DNA of 64,000 nucleotides from Candidatus Poribacteria bacterium (GTDB lineage Bacteria; Poribacteria; WGA-4E; WGA-3G), in the NCBI GenBank assembly GCA_003635255.1, contig PYJC01000068.1:8258-72257 (forward strand). The letters are read 5' to 3'. This document shows, piece after piece, positions 10,030 through 22,700 of the stretch (the first letter of the stretch is position 1; each line of letters opens with the position of its first letter). Below the pieces are notes generated by a model, which was given only the letters and a program-made list of their open reading frames with translations, made no database searches and was not told the DNA's origin. Both the position numbers and the translations under genes were made by a program.

Positions 10030-10626
10030 ATGAATCTTGTACCTATCGTTGTTGAACAAACCAGCCGAGGTGAACGGTCATACGATATTTATTCTCGTCT
10101 GCTTGAAGATCGGATTATCATGATCGGAACACCGATTGACGATGATGTTATCGCAAATATCGTAACAGCACAAATGCTCTTCCTTGAAGGGAAGGACCCG
10201 GACGCAGATATTATTCTCTATATTAACACACCCGGAGGATCTGTTTCCGCCGGTTTGGCAATCTACGATACAATGCAGTACATCAAAGCAGATGTGCAGA
10301 CTTGGTGTTTAGGGAGAGCATATAGTATGGGCGCAATCTTGCTCGCTGCTGGCGCGCAAGGCAAACGTTACGCGTTACCGCACGCAAAGACGCTTATTCA
10401 CCAACCGATGGCAAGTGGTATTGGTGGTCAAGCCTCCGACATTAGCATTCATGCCAGAGAAATCTTACAGGAGCGAGATCGGCTGTATGCTATTTTAGCC
10501 GAGCATACCGGTCAGGATATTGGGAAAATCGCTACCGATGCTGACCGTGATTTCTATATGACCGCCGAACAAGCATTGAAATATGGTCTTGTTGATCATG
10601 TTGTCGCGCAACGTGCCACAGAGTAG
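10030..10626 (+). CDS. clpP: ATP-dependent Clp protease proteolytic subunit
   Basis: [26 protein letters not shown] (catalytic Ser), IHQP (His), DRD motifs. Confidence 0.97.
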   Translation: MNLVPIVVEQTSRGERSYDIYSRLLEDRIIMIGTPIDDDVIANIVTAQMLFLEGKDPDADIILYINTPGGSVSAGLAIYDTMQYIKADVQTWCLGRAYSMGAILLAAGAQGKRYALPHAKTLIHQPMASGIGGQASDISIHAREILQERDRLYAILAEHTGQDIGKIATDADRDFYMTAEQALKYGLVDHVVAQRATE

Positions 10627-10630
10627 AAGA

Positions 10631-10725
10631 GTTGTCAGCGTCAGAGGTGTCAGTTTAGCGAACAGCTAACTGGACTACCACAAGCAGTTCTTAACTGAAA
10701 ACTGATAACCGAGAACTGATAACTC
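10631..10725. repeat. Heptamer-based palindromic intergenic repeat (GTTATCA/GTTGTCA left arm, ACTGATA/ACTGAAA right arm)
   Basis: gttgtcag...tcag...tcag left arm; ttaactgaaaactgataaccgagaactgataact right arm. Same family recurs elsewhere in the window. Confidence 0.7.
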
Positions 10726-10745
10726 CTAAAAAAGGAGAAACCGTT

Positions 10746-12287
10746 ATGTCACAATCTGCCCATCGTGAAGTGTCCTGTTCTTTCTGTCAGCAGGACAGTA
10801 CACAAGTCCGTCTACGACTTCTTCAGGGTAGGGAGGCAAATATCTGCGTTGAATGTATTGTCCGCCTATCAGCATCTACAGCGGATACTGCTTCATGCAC
10901 ATTTTGTCGGCGTGATAATACCCATGTTGAGAGACTTTTTAATGGACTTGAGGCAAATATCTGTGAGAGGTGTCTTTCTGAATGTATTGATCTGTGTAAT
11001 GACATTCTTAATCGCAAACCAGATGGTAGCCTTGATTTCTCTATGGAGGCCCTTAAAGAAACAGAGGGATCACACGAACAGTCTGAGCTTGAGAAGGACC
11101 GTGAGAAACCTCAGCAGGAGAGTGGACGTGGTGCTCGTGAACGAACGGATACCAATACAGCAAGCAGTACAGTAAACGCCGAAACAAATGACGAGGGGAA
11201 CACACTCGCGGAACCGCCTTCACCTGAAGATATTAAAGCAAAACTTGATGAATATGTAATAGGTCAAGAACACGCCAAAAAGACATTATCTGTCGCAGTT
11301 TACACGCACTACAAACGCTTGCATCATAGCAATACAACTGATGATGTTGAATTAGACAAGAGCAACATTTTACTTATCGGACCGACCGGCACGGGAAAAA
11401 CACTCCTCGCTCAAACGCTTGCTAAAGTTTTAGATGTACCTTTCGCGATTACCGATGCAACAACGTTGACCGAGGCTGGATACGTCGGTGAAGATGTCGA
11501 AAATATCATCCTGAAACTGGTTCAAGCAGCGGATGGCGATGTCGCACGCGCTGAAACGGGTATCATTTATATTGATGAAATTGATAAGATTACGCGAAAA
11601 TCCGAAAACCCATCTATTACGCGCGACGTATCCGGCGAAGGCGTTCAGCAGGCGTTGCTCAAAATTCTTGAAGGCACAACAGCGAATGTTCCACCGCGCG
11701 GCGGCAGAAAGCATCCGCATCAAGAGATGATTGAGGTAAATACCAAAAAGGTATTATTTATCTGCGGCGGAACCTTTATTGGGTTGGATAAAGCAATTAA
11801 AGATAGACTCGGAAAGCAGAGTATCGGGTTCGGTTCACCTATCCAGCCGAAAAGCGAGACAAAAATTCACGAAATCCTTGCGCAGGTAACGCCAAAAGAT
11901 CTCATTAAATACGGATTTATACCCGAATTGATTGGACGGCTTCCGGTCGTTACAACGCTACATGAATTGGACGCATCCGCACTCGTCCGTATCCTCACAG
12001 AACCGAAGAACGCTCTTGTCAAACAGTATCAGCATCTTTTGGCTTATGAAGGCGTACAATTCCACGCAACCGACGCAGCGTTAGTTGCTATTGCCGACGA
12101 AGTCATTGAACGTGAAACAGGCGCACGCGGGTTGAGAGCCGTCTTTGAAAAGATTATGCTCGATACGCTCTATCGGCTGCCATCGCTTGACGATGTTGAA
12201 ACGTGCCAGATTACCGAAGACTCCGTGCGCAACAGTGAACCTCCTGAACTCACTTATAGGAAATCTGAAGAATTGAAGACTGCTTAG
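10746..12287 (+). CDS. clpX: ATP-dependent Clp protease ATP-binding subunit ClpX with duplicated N-terminal zinc-binding domain
   Basis: GPTGTGKT Walker A, IYIDEIDK Walker [18 protein letters not shown] and IGF loops; two CxxC...CxxC modules at the N-terminus. Confidence 0.96.
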   Translation: MSQSAHREVSCSFCQQDSTQVRLRLLQGREANICVECIVRLSASTADTASCTFCRRDNTHVERLFNGLEANICERCLSECIDLCNDILNRKPDGSLDFSMEALKETEGSHEQSELEKDREKPQQESGRGARERTDTNTASSTVNAETNDEGNTLAEPPSPEDIKAKLDEYVIGQEHAKKTLSVAVYTHYKRLHHSNTTDDVELDKSNILLIGPTGTGKTLLAQTLAKVLDVPFAITDATTLTEAGYVGEDVENIILKLVQAADGDVARAETGIIYIDEIDKITRKSENPSITRDVSGEGVQQALLKILEGTTANVPPRGGRKHPHQEMIEVNTKKVLFICGGTFIGLDKAIKDRLGKQSIGFGSPIQPKSETKIHEILAQVTPKDLIKYGFIPELIGRLPVVTTLHELDASALVRILTEPKNALVKQYQHLLAYEGVQFHATDAALVAIADEVIERETGARGLRAVFEKIMLDTLYRLPSLDDVETCQITEDSVRNSEPPELTYRKSEELKTA

Positions 12288-12480
12288 CCACAGATTTGTA
12301 AATGAGTCGTTTGCCACTTTGGCAAAATTAATAGTATTTCATTCCCATAGATAGTAAGGTGCTGTCCGCATTCTCTTTAGGGTGTAGTTCTAAGACCCTT
12401 ATGAACAGAAATGCAGACCTCCACAGCACATTGAAGTCTAAAAATGCTGGTGTTTGATGCCCAGCACTGGAACAAAAACT

Positions 12481-14928
12481 ATGAATTCGACAGCAACAAC
12501 AGAACACGGAACCGTAAGTTTGCCGGTTATTGATTTGCCTCCGGATTTCGATAGGTATTCGCCTTTCCCGAAGACAAAATCTTTTTTAATTGCCGTTCGT
12601 AAGATGGGAGTCCACGCAACTCATGCTGCGCTTCAGTCAAATAAGCGGGTACTCCTCCTCCACCAAAAAGTGGAGATAGAGGAAGGAAAAGATGTCACAC
12701 CTGAACATCTACAAACCATTGGTGCTGTCGCACATATAATTGAATCTTATGAACCTGGTGACGGCACTATCCGCATCGCCGTTGCCGCTGAACACCGCGC
12801 GATTGTCCTCCGCTATACAAAGGCCGCAGATTTTTTGCAAGCAGATGTGCAAATTGTCCATGAAGAGATCGGATTGGCAGACGCTGCTGGCTCTCTCGTC
12901 AAAGATACCAAGAAACTTTTCAGTGAATACGCAAAAACACGGCCAAAGGATCAAGGGCGCAGCTCACAACCCCATGTCTTGACATTAGAAGAAGTCAAAC
13001 GCGCCATCAAAGAGCAAGACGAACCCGGACACCTCGCCGATATTATCGCCGGGTTTCTCGACCTTACCGCACCAGAACGCCAAAGTGTTATTGACGAACT
13101 CAACCCTATTAAACGGCTGCAACTTGTCGTCCAATTCTTGAACGAGGCATTGGAGCGGAATGAACTCCGAGATGATATTCACAATCAAGTCCGTGAATCC
13201 GTCCAGAAGACACACCGAGAATTCTACCTTCAGGAACAGATGAAGGTCATACAAAAAGAACTTGGCAGAGATGACATCGCCGAAGTTGATGAACTCCGAG
13301 AACAGGTGAAAAATGCAGGGATGTCTGAAGAGGCGGAAGAAAAGGCACTCAAGGAACTCGATCGGCTCGCACAAATACCACCTCAATCCGCTGAATCCGG
13401 TGTCATCCGTACTTATGTCGATTGCATACTCGCACTCCCTTGGAAAGAGAGCACCGAACACCAACTCCAACTTCCCGAAGCCCAACGCATACTTGACGAA
13501 GATCACTACGGCTTGGAGAAACCGAAAGAGAATGTCCTTGAGTACCTCGCTGTTTTACAACTCGTCAAACATCTTAAGGGGCCCATTATCTGTCTCGTCG
13601 GGCCACCCGGAGTGGGGAAAACTTCACTCGGCAAATCGGTTGCCCGCGCAACGGGTAGGAAGTTCGTCAGAATGTCGCTCGGAGGGGTTCGAGATGAAGC
13701 AGAAATCCGGGGACACAGACGCACCTATATCGGCGCAATTCCCGGACGTATCATTCAAGGACTCCGTGATGTGAAATCGAAAAATCCGCTCTTCCTACTT
13801 GATGAGATCGATAAACTCAGCTCGGATTTCCGAGGCGATCCCGCCTCCGCACTCCTTGAAGTTCTTGATCCTGAACAGAATTCCACGTTCCGAGACCATT
13901 ACATGGATATTGCCTTCGATCTTTCCGACGTCATGTTCATTACAACTGCTAACACCCGTGTTACCATTCCACCAGCACTCCAAGACCGGATGGAAATCAT
14001 TGAATTGCCGGGGTATACCGACTTCGAGAAGCATAATATCGCCACCTTTACACCGAATGGCCTTATCCCCAAGCAGCTTGAACGGCATGGACTTTCAGGC
14101 GACAACATCACCTTCACAGATGAAGCCCTCTACGAGATGATACATAAGTATACGCGCGAGGCAGGCGTGCGAAACCTTGAACGCGCAATCACTACTGTCA
14201 TGCGGAAGGTCGCCAGAGAGATTGTTACCGAAGAAACACCAGATCTCAATATTGAAGTAACACCGGCGAATTTGAGCGACTATCTTGGACCCGCTAAGTG
14301 GACGCGCACAAAAGCCGAAGAGCGGGACGAAGTCGGCGTCGCTACTGGGATGGTATGGACACAGATCGGGGGCGATATCGTCTCCGTTGAAGCAACGACG
14401 ATGCAAGGTGAAGGTAAACTGAATATGACTGGACAACTTCAGGAAGTCATGCGTGAATCTGTCCAGACCGCTGTCGCCTATATCCGTTCCCGCGCAGAAT
14501 TCTTCGGGCTTCCTGATAAGCAGTTTGAGCAGCAGGATATTCATATCCACATTCCAGAAGGCGCAGTTCCGAAAGACGGTCCCTCCGCTGGAATTACCGT
14601 CGCTACTGCGATTCTCTCCACGCTGACAGGTAAGTCTGTTCGTAAAGATATCGCGATGACTGGCGAAATTACGCTCCGAGGTAGAGTACTGCCGATCGGC
14701 GGCTTAAAAGAGAAAGCACTCGCTGCCTACCGAAACGGTATCTTTGACATCATTATTCCTGTGGACAACGAGAAAGATGAAGTTGACATCCCTACAGAGA
14801 TTCGTGAAGGGATTCGTTTCCATAAAGTCAACGATATGATGGAGGTACTAGAATTGGCACTAACAGAATCTATCGTCGACCCCGAAGTTCCTGTAGAAAT
14901 GCCAGTCGCCTCCCAACCATCTGTGTAG
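12481..14928 (+). CDS. lon: Lon protease (LonA)
   Basis: [26 protein letters not shown] (catalytic Ser), IGGLKEK. Confidence 0.97.
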   Translation: MNSTATTEHGTVSLPVIDLPPDFDRYSPFPKTKSFLIAVRKMGVHATHAALQSNKRVLLLHQKVEIEEGKDVTPEHLQTIGAVAHIIESYEPGDGTIRIAVAAEHRAIVLRYTKAADFLQADVQIVHEEIGLADAAGSLVKDTKKLFSEYAKTRPKDQGRSSQPHVLTLEEVKRAIKEQDEPGHLADIIAGFLDLTAPERQSVIDELNPIKRLQLVVQFLNEALERNELRDDIHNQVRESVQKTHREFYLQEQMKVIQKELGRDDIAEVDELREQVKNAGMSEEAEEKALKELDRLAQIPPQSAESGVIRTYVDCILALPWKESTEHQLQLPEAQRILDEDHYGLEKPKENVLEYLAVLQLVKHLKGPIICLVGPPGVGKTSLGKSVARATGRKFVRMSLGGVRDEAEIRGHRRTYIGAIPGRIIQGLRDVKSKNPLFLLDEIDKLSSDFRGDPASALLEVLDPEQNSTFRDHYMDIAFDLSDVMFITTANTRVTIPPALQDRMEIIELPGYTDFEKHNIATFTPNGLIPKQLERHGLSGDNITFTDEALYEMIHKYTREAGVRNLERAITTVMRKVAREIVTEETPDLNIEVTPANLSDYLGPAKWTRTKAEERDEVGVATGMVWTQIGGDIVSVEATTMQGEGKLNMTGQLQEVMRESVQTAVAYIRSRAEFFGLPDKQFEQQDIHIHIPEGAVPKDGPSAGITVATAILSTLTGKSVRKDIAMTGEITLRGRVLPIGGLKEKALAAYRNGIFDIIIPVDNEKDEVDIPTEIREGIRFHKVNDMMEVLELALTESIVDPEVPVEMPVASQPSV

Positions 14929-14930
14929 GA

Positions 14931-15085
14931 TAGTTGTCAGTTGTCAGATCGGTTTTTCTCCGAAAAACCTTTCAGTTATCAGTTAAGAGGATAACGCTGA
15001 TAATAAAGTCTTTCTCTTAACTGACAACTCTCACTGCGAGGCAAACCGAAAGATTTTTTGAAAAAAAATCGTACTGAAAACTACT
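14931..15085. repeat. Heptamer-based palindromic intergenic repeat with inserted modules
   Basis: agttgtcagttgtcag...cagttatcagttaagagg...ctcttaactgacaact, plus modules ctcactgcgaggca and gaaagattttt...aaaaaatcgtact shared with 25186-25324 and 58333-58460. Confidence 0.8.
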
Positions 15086-15090
15086 AAAAA

Positions 15091-15378
15091 ATGCGATTAG
15101 ACAAATTCCTGCAGGTGAGTCGCCTCGTAAAACGACGAACGGTTGCTAATACCCTCTGTAGCAAAGGCGCAGTGAGTGTCAATGGACACGTCGCAAAAGC
15201 TGGGAAGATGCTTGCTATAGGTGATGTGATTCGCATGCCGGGGGCATCGACTACCGCGGAAGGGCATTCAACAGGCATTGAAGAGCCTCCTGAAGCTGAG
15301 TATGAGGTTCTTGAACTACCCACCGGAAACGTCTCACGCGCCCGGGCGACAACGCTTTACCGCCAATTAAACCGGTAG
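15091..15378 (+). CDS. S4 domain RNA-binding protein (Hsp15/RqcP/YabO-like)
   Basis: MRLDKFLQVSRLVKRRTVA..LC..G.V.VNG..AK; ending ...LY. Confidence 0.9.
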   Translation: MRLDKFLQVSRLVKRRTVANTLCSKGAVSVNGHVAKAGKMLAIGDVIRMPGASTTAEGHSTGIEEPPEAEYEVLELPTGNVSRARATTLYRQLNR

Positions 15379-15429
15379 TCATCTCCCATTCGGGATCGCA
15401 CCCTACTCAATCAAGAAAGAGAAATTGCC

Positions 15430-16524
15430 ATGACTCGCAAAGAGTTCCAGGTCCAATGCAGAGATGCCACGCACCAATCAGGTAGTAGGATCGTTGAAAA
15501 TAGACCCAAAATTGGTATAACGATGGGAGATGCAGCCGGCATCGGCCCCGAAATCATTGTCAAGGCACTTGCACGCGAAAGCATATATTCAATGTGCCAG
15601 CCAATTGTGATTGGGAGTCCTGCTATTCTTCAGGAGGCTTGCCAATTTATACCCACCGGCGCACCGCAGCTAAAAATTAATACCATCAAGACCCTGACGC
15701 AAGCAAGCGCGATGCATGGAACAATTGATGTCCTTGAAACATCTTCAACCTCTCCTGAAGACATTTCCTTGGGTACCATAGATGTTCGTGCCGGTGCCGC
15801 TGCTGTCGAAGCGATAGAGGTAGCAACGCGCCTCGCGATGCAGGGTGAACTTGATGCGATCACTACTGCTCCAATATGCAAAGCCGCCATAAACCGAACG
15901 GGCGCACCCTATCCGGGACACACGGAGATGCTTGCAGCGTTTACGAATACACCCGATGCAGTGATGATGCTCTGTACACATGAGGCATTGGATAGCTGTC
16001 AGCCGACTGCCATTCCAGCAGTCTCTTTTGTGACAAATCATATACCATTGGCTGACGTGCCAAAACGCCTCTCTGTCCAAAGAATCGTGAAGGTTATCCG
16101 TATCACGCAACAAGCACTGATCCGCTGTGGCATTTCTGAACCTCAACTCGTCGTTGCGGGATTGAACCCTCACGCAGGTGAAGAGGGTATGTTCGGAGAA
16201 GAAGAGACGCGTTTTATCCGTCCAGCCATCGCACACGCACACGCACAAACGGAGATGCCAATAGAAGGGCCCCTTCCTGCTGATGTGCTGTTTGCCAAAG
16301 CGAATCAGGGGCAGTGGCACGCTGTTATCGCTATGTATCACGACCAGGGTAATATTCCGATAAAACTTCTCGGCTTTGGAGAACTTGTAAATGTTACCTT
16401 AGGTCTACCAATAATCCGTACCAGTGTGGACCACGGCACAGCATTTGACATAGCCGGTAAAGGTATCGCCAGCGAAACCAGTCTTGTGGCAGCATTAAAG
16501 TGCGCTTCACGACTCACGAATTAG
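15430..16524 (+). CDS. pdxA: 4-hydroxythreonine-4-phosphate dehydrogenase (PdxA family)
   Basis: ITMGDAAGIGPE, GHTE, GLNPHAGE, AMYHDQG, RTSVDHGTAFDIAGKG. Confidence 0.93.
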   Translation: MTRKEFQVQCRDATHQSGSRIVENRPKIGITMGDAAGIGPEIIVKALARESIYSMCQPIVIGSPAILQEACQFIPTGAPQLKINTIKTLTQASAMHGTIDVLETSSTSPEDISLGTIDVRAGAAAVEAIEVATRLAMQGELDAITTAPICKAAINRTGAPYPGHTEMLAAFTNTPDAVMMLCTHEALDSCQPTAIPAVSFVTNHIPLADVPKRLSVQRIVKVIRITQQALIRCGISEPQLVVAGLNPHAGEEGMFGEEETRFIRPAIAHAHAQTEMPIEGPLPADVLFAKANQGQWHAVIAMYHDQGNIPIKLLGFGELVNVTLGLPIIRTSVDHGTAFDIAGKGIASETSLVAALKCASRLTN

Positions 16525-16772
16525 CCATCGGTTTCCGTCATGTTTCACAGTGAGAACAGCAAATTGCTAATTATGGTAGATTTTAAAATTAAAGTGACAT
16601 TGTAAAGCAACAAACTTAAAAAAACTTGCGAGCGGAGGCGGACCGTTTTTGCTGCGGTCTACAAGTTATAAGTTAAGAGGTTATAAGTTAATCCCTTGTG
16701 GCAGTAACAGAATCGGTAACCGCCACAACATATCTCTTAACCAACCATTTAGAACCAACCACTTAGAACCCT

Positions 16773-19700
16773 ATGAAAAAGACCCTTATTTTTTTCGCTA
16801 TACTCCTTACGTTTTCTACTGTTCCGATGCTGGCTGCCGTAGGTCAAACACAGTCGGGGTCCCTACCTGTTACTGGGAACAAGGTGCCACCGCTTCAGAT
16901 GCTTACGACCACAGCAGATACTTTTACAGCACGGTTTACCCTGCCAGAGCTTAAGATAACGACGCGTGCCGCTGCCACCGTGGACGATGCCAGAGATATC
17001 GGAACTGAAATTCATTTTGCGGGTGCGAATTGGACACTTGACGTAGGCAAACCCCGCCTGCCAATTTACACGCAGCGCATTGGAATCCCTATAGCAGGAA
17101 CCCCAGTTGTTACCATCATTCAAGCGCGTTCAGAAACCAGGACAATTGGAAAGGTGCGTGTCACACCTGATGATCCGGTCTTTCCGACGCTGGTTTCCGA
17201 GAACCCGCCGGTTTCTCAAAAATTCTATCCCACACACCTTGTAGAGGTTATCCCCAGCGGCTTGGTCCGAGATCAGCGTATTGGCAGTTTACAAATCAAC
17301 CCGGTGCAATACAATCCAGGGACAAAGCAATTAAAAATCTTCGCGTCCGTGACGTTTCGAGTCCACTTTCCGGGTGCTGTAACTGCTGGCGGCACCGTCC
17401 CTACTGTCCCCCTTTCTACTCGAGAATCTCCGCGCGTTTTCGAGGACATGTTCCAAAGCACATTGCGAAATTACGAGCAAGCAAAACCGTGGCGGAAACA
17501 ACGCCAATCGCTTTATGGGGGTCTTACGGACAGGAACCATGCTCCCAGCGCACCAACACCAATAACAGCAAACACACGTCGTTTTAAAATTTCTGTCATC
17601 AAAACAGACTTATATCGCATCACCTATAACAACATCAAGGCTCACACCGGCATTGAACCAGAAACCATAAATCTTGACACACTTCAATTGGAAAGTAGCG
17701 GAGTGAAGCAGGGTCTCTATATTTTTGATGAGAATGAGAACAATACGCTTGACCCTGGCGAGCAGATCGTCTTTTACGGGCGCGCATTAGCAGACAACAA
17801 ATTTACCGATGAAAACGTCTACTGGCTGCGTTTCGGATTGATTGGAGAACCCGCTGCAGGTCTTGAGACATCCCGTGTGACGACACGAGACGTAACACCG
17901 AAACTGAAAAATTTAGTAGTACCCACCGCCTTTTTTGCACGGACCCGTTTTGAGGAGAATAGACATCATGATGTCCTGAACGGCAATGACGTTAAATCCG
18001 AACTCGCAGACCACTATTTCGGAACCGCTTTCCGTGGGGGAGACCGAAAAGATTTTCCTATAGAACTGCCTAATGCAGCACCGCGACTCGATCAGCGACT
18101 CGAGGAGAGCAAAGCAATCTTACGTATTAAATTCCAAGGTGCCTCCCGCAGGGGAAACGCGCTCCACCGAGCGCATATCATTTTCAACAACGTCCAACTT
18201 GGCAGATCTGAGCAATGGAAACGTCAAACTCAACAGGTGGCAACCCGGGACATTCTGCACAAACGCATCTTTAATAACGAGACGAATTATATGCGCATTG
18301 AAGCACGGGATAGAAACGACACACCCCCGGGATCCTACGACTTCTATATCGACTGGTATGAACTGGACTATTGGCGAAATTTTCAGGCGGAGAGGAATCG
18401 CCTTGAATTTAATACCAAGACTGAACCCCGCAATCGCGGGCAAGTTCAGTACCGAGTCGGAAATATCTTTAGTGAAAAAATAGACGTATATCAGTTGGAC
18501 GAAAATGGCATTAGCAGCAAACTCATTGGCGGCGAAGTTACCAGAGCCGGTGCCAGTCGCCAGATTCGCTTTGAAGATACCGTCAACCAGTATACGCGCT
18601 ATTTTGTAATAAGTCGCGGTGCCTATCAAAGCATTAACGCACTCGTGCCAACACCACCAACACCATTAAGAAACCCCGCTAACCAAGTTGACTATGTCGT
18701 TATTACACACTCGACCTTCACTGAGAGTATTGAACCACTCGTCGAATTCCGGCGTTCGCAAGGCTTGACAACCATGGTCGTTGATATTGATGACATCTAC
18801 AACGAATTTAGCGACGGTCTTTTCAATCCTTTCGCAATCCAAAAATTCCTACGTTACGCCTATAACAATTGGCAGCAGCCCGCACCGACTTATGTCCTCC
18901 TTGTTGGCGACGCACATTACGATTACAAGAGAGCCACCGTTGAGATTCACCGCCGAGAGTTTGGCGAAACCTATAATCTCTATCCGATCTTCGTACCCAC
19001 GTACCATGGGTGGGCACCTGAAAGTGGTGAAACTTCTATGGATCAGCGTTTTGTCAACGTGAGTGGAGACGACCCATTGCCCGACATGCTTATTGGAAGA
19101 CTCTCGGTGCAAACCCCCAAAACCCTTGACGATATGGTTGAAAAAATTATCAACTATGAAAAAAATCTTCGGACAGGATTGTGGCAAGGTACATTAATCC
19201 AAGTCGCAGACGACCACACAGATAAGCCGAACGATAGCGTTTTTGAGGAATCACGCGACGAACTGATACAAGAGATTATACCTTTCGGATATGACACCCG
19301 CCAAATCTATCTCCGAAAGGTTAAAAGTCCTGAACTCACACGTTCAATGATCAAATCCGCAATTAATAAAGGCGCACTCGCCATTGAATACACAGGGCAC
19401 GGGGGCATCCAGACATGGGCGGATGAGTCTATTTTCCGAATTGAAGATGTCGTCAATTTGCGGAACTCATACTTACCTTTTGTCATCACAACGACCTGTC
19501 TCAATGGACAGTTTGATAAACCGCAACAAGCTGGAAATTTTTGCCTCAGCGAACAATTTCTGTTCGGAAAATACGGTGCCATTGCAGCACTCTCCGCGAC
19601 TCGGCTAACCTACGGCTCAGCAAATGCTGAATTTGATAGAGACCTCTTTGAAGCCTTTTCCCGTGTGGCACCGGAGTCTCCAGAACTCGCAACTAAAAGT

Positions 19701-22700
19701 ATTCCCTTACCGCCGACGATAGGACATATTATTGCTGATGCCAAAATTAGTTTTCTCAATCGGATTCGCAATCCCAGTTGGATTCCTGGCACCGAACAAT
19801 ATACGCTTTTCGGTGACCCAGCATCCCGCCTTGCGCGTCCGCAGCTCAACGTAAAGGTCGAGTTGGAACGCGTAGCACTCAGCAGTCAACACCAGATCAT
19901 TATTAAGGCAAATGAGGTGGGCATCGTCCGAGAATCAGAGATTGGGGGCACTGGCAGCTTAAGTTTCACGCGTATCGCCGATTTTAGCACAGAAGCATTC
20001 TCTGCTTTCGCAATTTTCGCAAATAATTTTGATGATAACCTCCGCAATGATATCACACTACGCACTGGTGGTAGAATTTGGCAAGGCGAATACGGCACCA
20101 TTCGGATTGATGTGCCAAACAGGGCACTGCCCGGGGGGGGGATTGCACGTATCTTTGCTTTTGATGACACCCACGCCGCTATCGGAGGCACGCAATTCTG
20201 GGTAGATTCACCTGTCCTATACGACCTCCAAGAAACGCTTGATACTAAAATCACGGATACCCTTAATATCAGTGCACTTGTCCTTGACGACAAAGGAGCA
20301 GCAGGAATACGCAGCATCAGGGTTGTATGGGATAACACAGATGACTTTGAAGTTATGACAACCCCTATGGTTCCAGCACGCACACCGCTCGGTGATGTTC
20401 CACCCGGTGGACAATGGTACGAACTCGAAACCCCTATCTTTCTCCCGCGAGCCGGAATACAGATACGCTACCAGGTCTTCATCACCGATAGTAGCGGGCA
20501 CGAAATCATTATCCCATCAAAATTTGAACGGAACATCGTCAGGGCACCTCTAGGCCCCAATATTGCAATCGGCACAGACAAGACAGACAGAGCACCGATT
20601 CGATACGTTTTTGACGAAAAGAAAGACGGTTATCAACTCGTCGCAGAGCTAATCAATAACGGGGGACGTCCCGTCATCGCTGATATTGAGGTTGTATTTG
20701 CCGAAGGAAATCCGGATCCAGATGGAGATTTCATAGTTGACGAGGACGCAAACATCCTTGGGACTGTCATCGTCAAACCCACCGACTGGGTAGAGGGAAC
20801 ATACGTGTGGCAACGTGCAACGGCTATCCTGGATCTCAAGGCACCCCTTAAGACAGGACCCCACAAGATTTATGTCCTCGCGGACCCAGAGAACCCGGAT
20901 ATTGACGACGACATTGCTGATGGAAACGTCGAAGAAGCACGCGTCTTTGATAACAAGCAGCATGTCTCTTTTGTCGTCAACGACTTTAACTATCTACCCG
21001 AGGAAGAGCTACTCGCCTTTAGTTTAGATAGGGTGTTCGACATCCATTTCCCTCCAAACGTACTTGAAGTCGAAACACGGGGTACGGCAGGTATCCCCCT
21101 CTCCGTTACATCACAATTGCCAACCGACCCTTTCCAACCTGACCTTCACTTTGCCCCAATTCCGCGTGTCGCTGCACTCCGGCGTGGACTTATTCGGCAA
21201 GGGACAGCGGTTGCGCAATACTATGAACCCGCGTTTCGTACGAACGTATCAGTACTCGCAAAGCCTGCCGAACTCAAGTTCCGTTTTGATGTGAGTGCTT
21301 TGGAAGACATCGTACGGAAAGAAACCGAAATTCAACCTGAAAATCCCGCATTTGAATATGAATTTACGCAGGTCACAAACCAAGTCGCAATTTATGCGTG
21401 GCAGACAGATTTAGCATCAAGGGCGAAACAGGATGCCACGTCCACACCGGCAGAAGTAGATGTTAAGCTGTCTGCATGGCGCCGCTTGCCTTCACAGATT
21501 AACTACACCCCTGAAGGCGATTTTCTGCTCGAAAATTACGTCACACCAACACAGATAGAGAACGCAAGTGAACAGAAATTAGAAACCGATGCTATAACTA
21601 TCAACTCGAACCTCACCCCCGCAGGCACTTGGATTATCATGTTCCTTGATGCTAATGAATATGAAGTCTTTTTCAAGCGAAAAGGGGTACAACGGACCGA
21701 AATCGAAAAACTTGATCAAACCGGACAACTCGATAATCCGTTCAGAGTGGAGGTGTACGGTTTGGAACTGCGGATCCCGAGTCAAGAGAATCCGTCTTCT
21801 GATGTCAATTATGCATTTGAATTTGCCGATATACTCGCTTTTAAGACCAATAATAATCCGCAGGGCGATATTATCCTTGAGGGCACATGGAATGCTAATC
21901 TCGGCAACGGCACTGCAACCGTGAATAACAAACTTGGACCCAAAAAGGAATTTGAAACAGGGGACTGGTTCCTCTTTTTTATTGATCCTAATTATTATGA
22001 ACTTCGTGATGCATCTAATGAACCTGTCCATTACCCCAATGGTGTCAAAGTCCATGGAAAGGTAAACGAACCGCTTTTCCTAAGCCACCTCGGTTTTGAA
22101 ATCATCGTCAATGCAGGTCCCGAAGAATTTGGGTTCGGCGATAAAGTTAAGTTCAGCAGTGCTCGCGTCGCTACGATTACAACGGAGGTCAGTGAACTCA
22201 CGCGATTTGCCCTCATGCGTAGCACCGATAACCAGCCACCTGCTTTTAACCTCTGGGTGGATGGGGTCCAACCACAGACCGGCAGCGTCATTCCACCGCG
22301 GCCTGCTATCTCTATTGTTATAGAAGATGCAAACGGCGTTGATGTGGAATTTTTTACCTTTGATAAACAAAAAAATGATGGACCTTTTGAACCTGTCACC
22401 GATTATCAACTCCGGACACAGAGTAGCATTGACACGGTGCCGATTGATTACCGACCCATCCTCTTCCCGGGTGAGTACACTTTCAATATCGGCGCACAAG
22501 ATTTCAACGGTAACGCTATCGGCGGCGATGCAGGGATTGTCAGTTATCGGTTCGTTGTTATTGAAGAACCTGACATTACGCCTCCCACTATTGAGGTCCA
22601 GGTCACTGGATCGGGCACTGGGGCTGCAGATGGACTGCTTGATGAATCTTTAACAAACGGCGCAGTACTCACAGAGCAACCTCGCTTCAAGATTGTCCTC

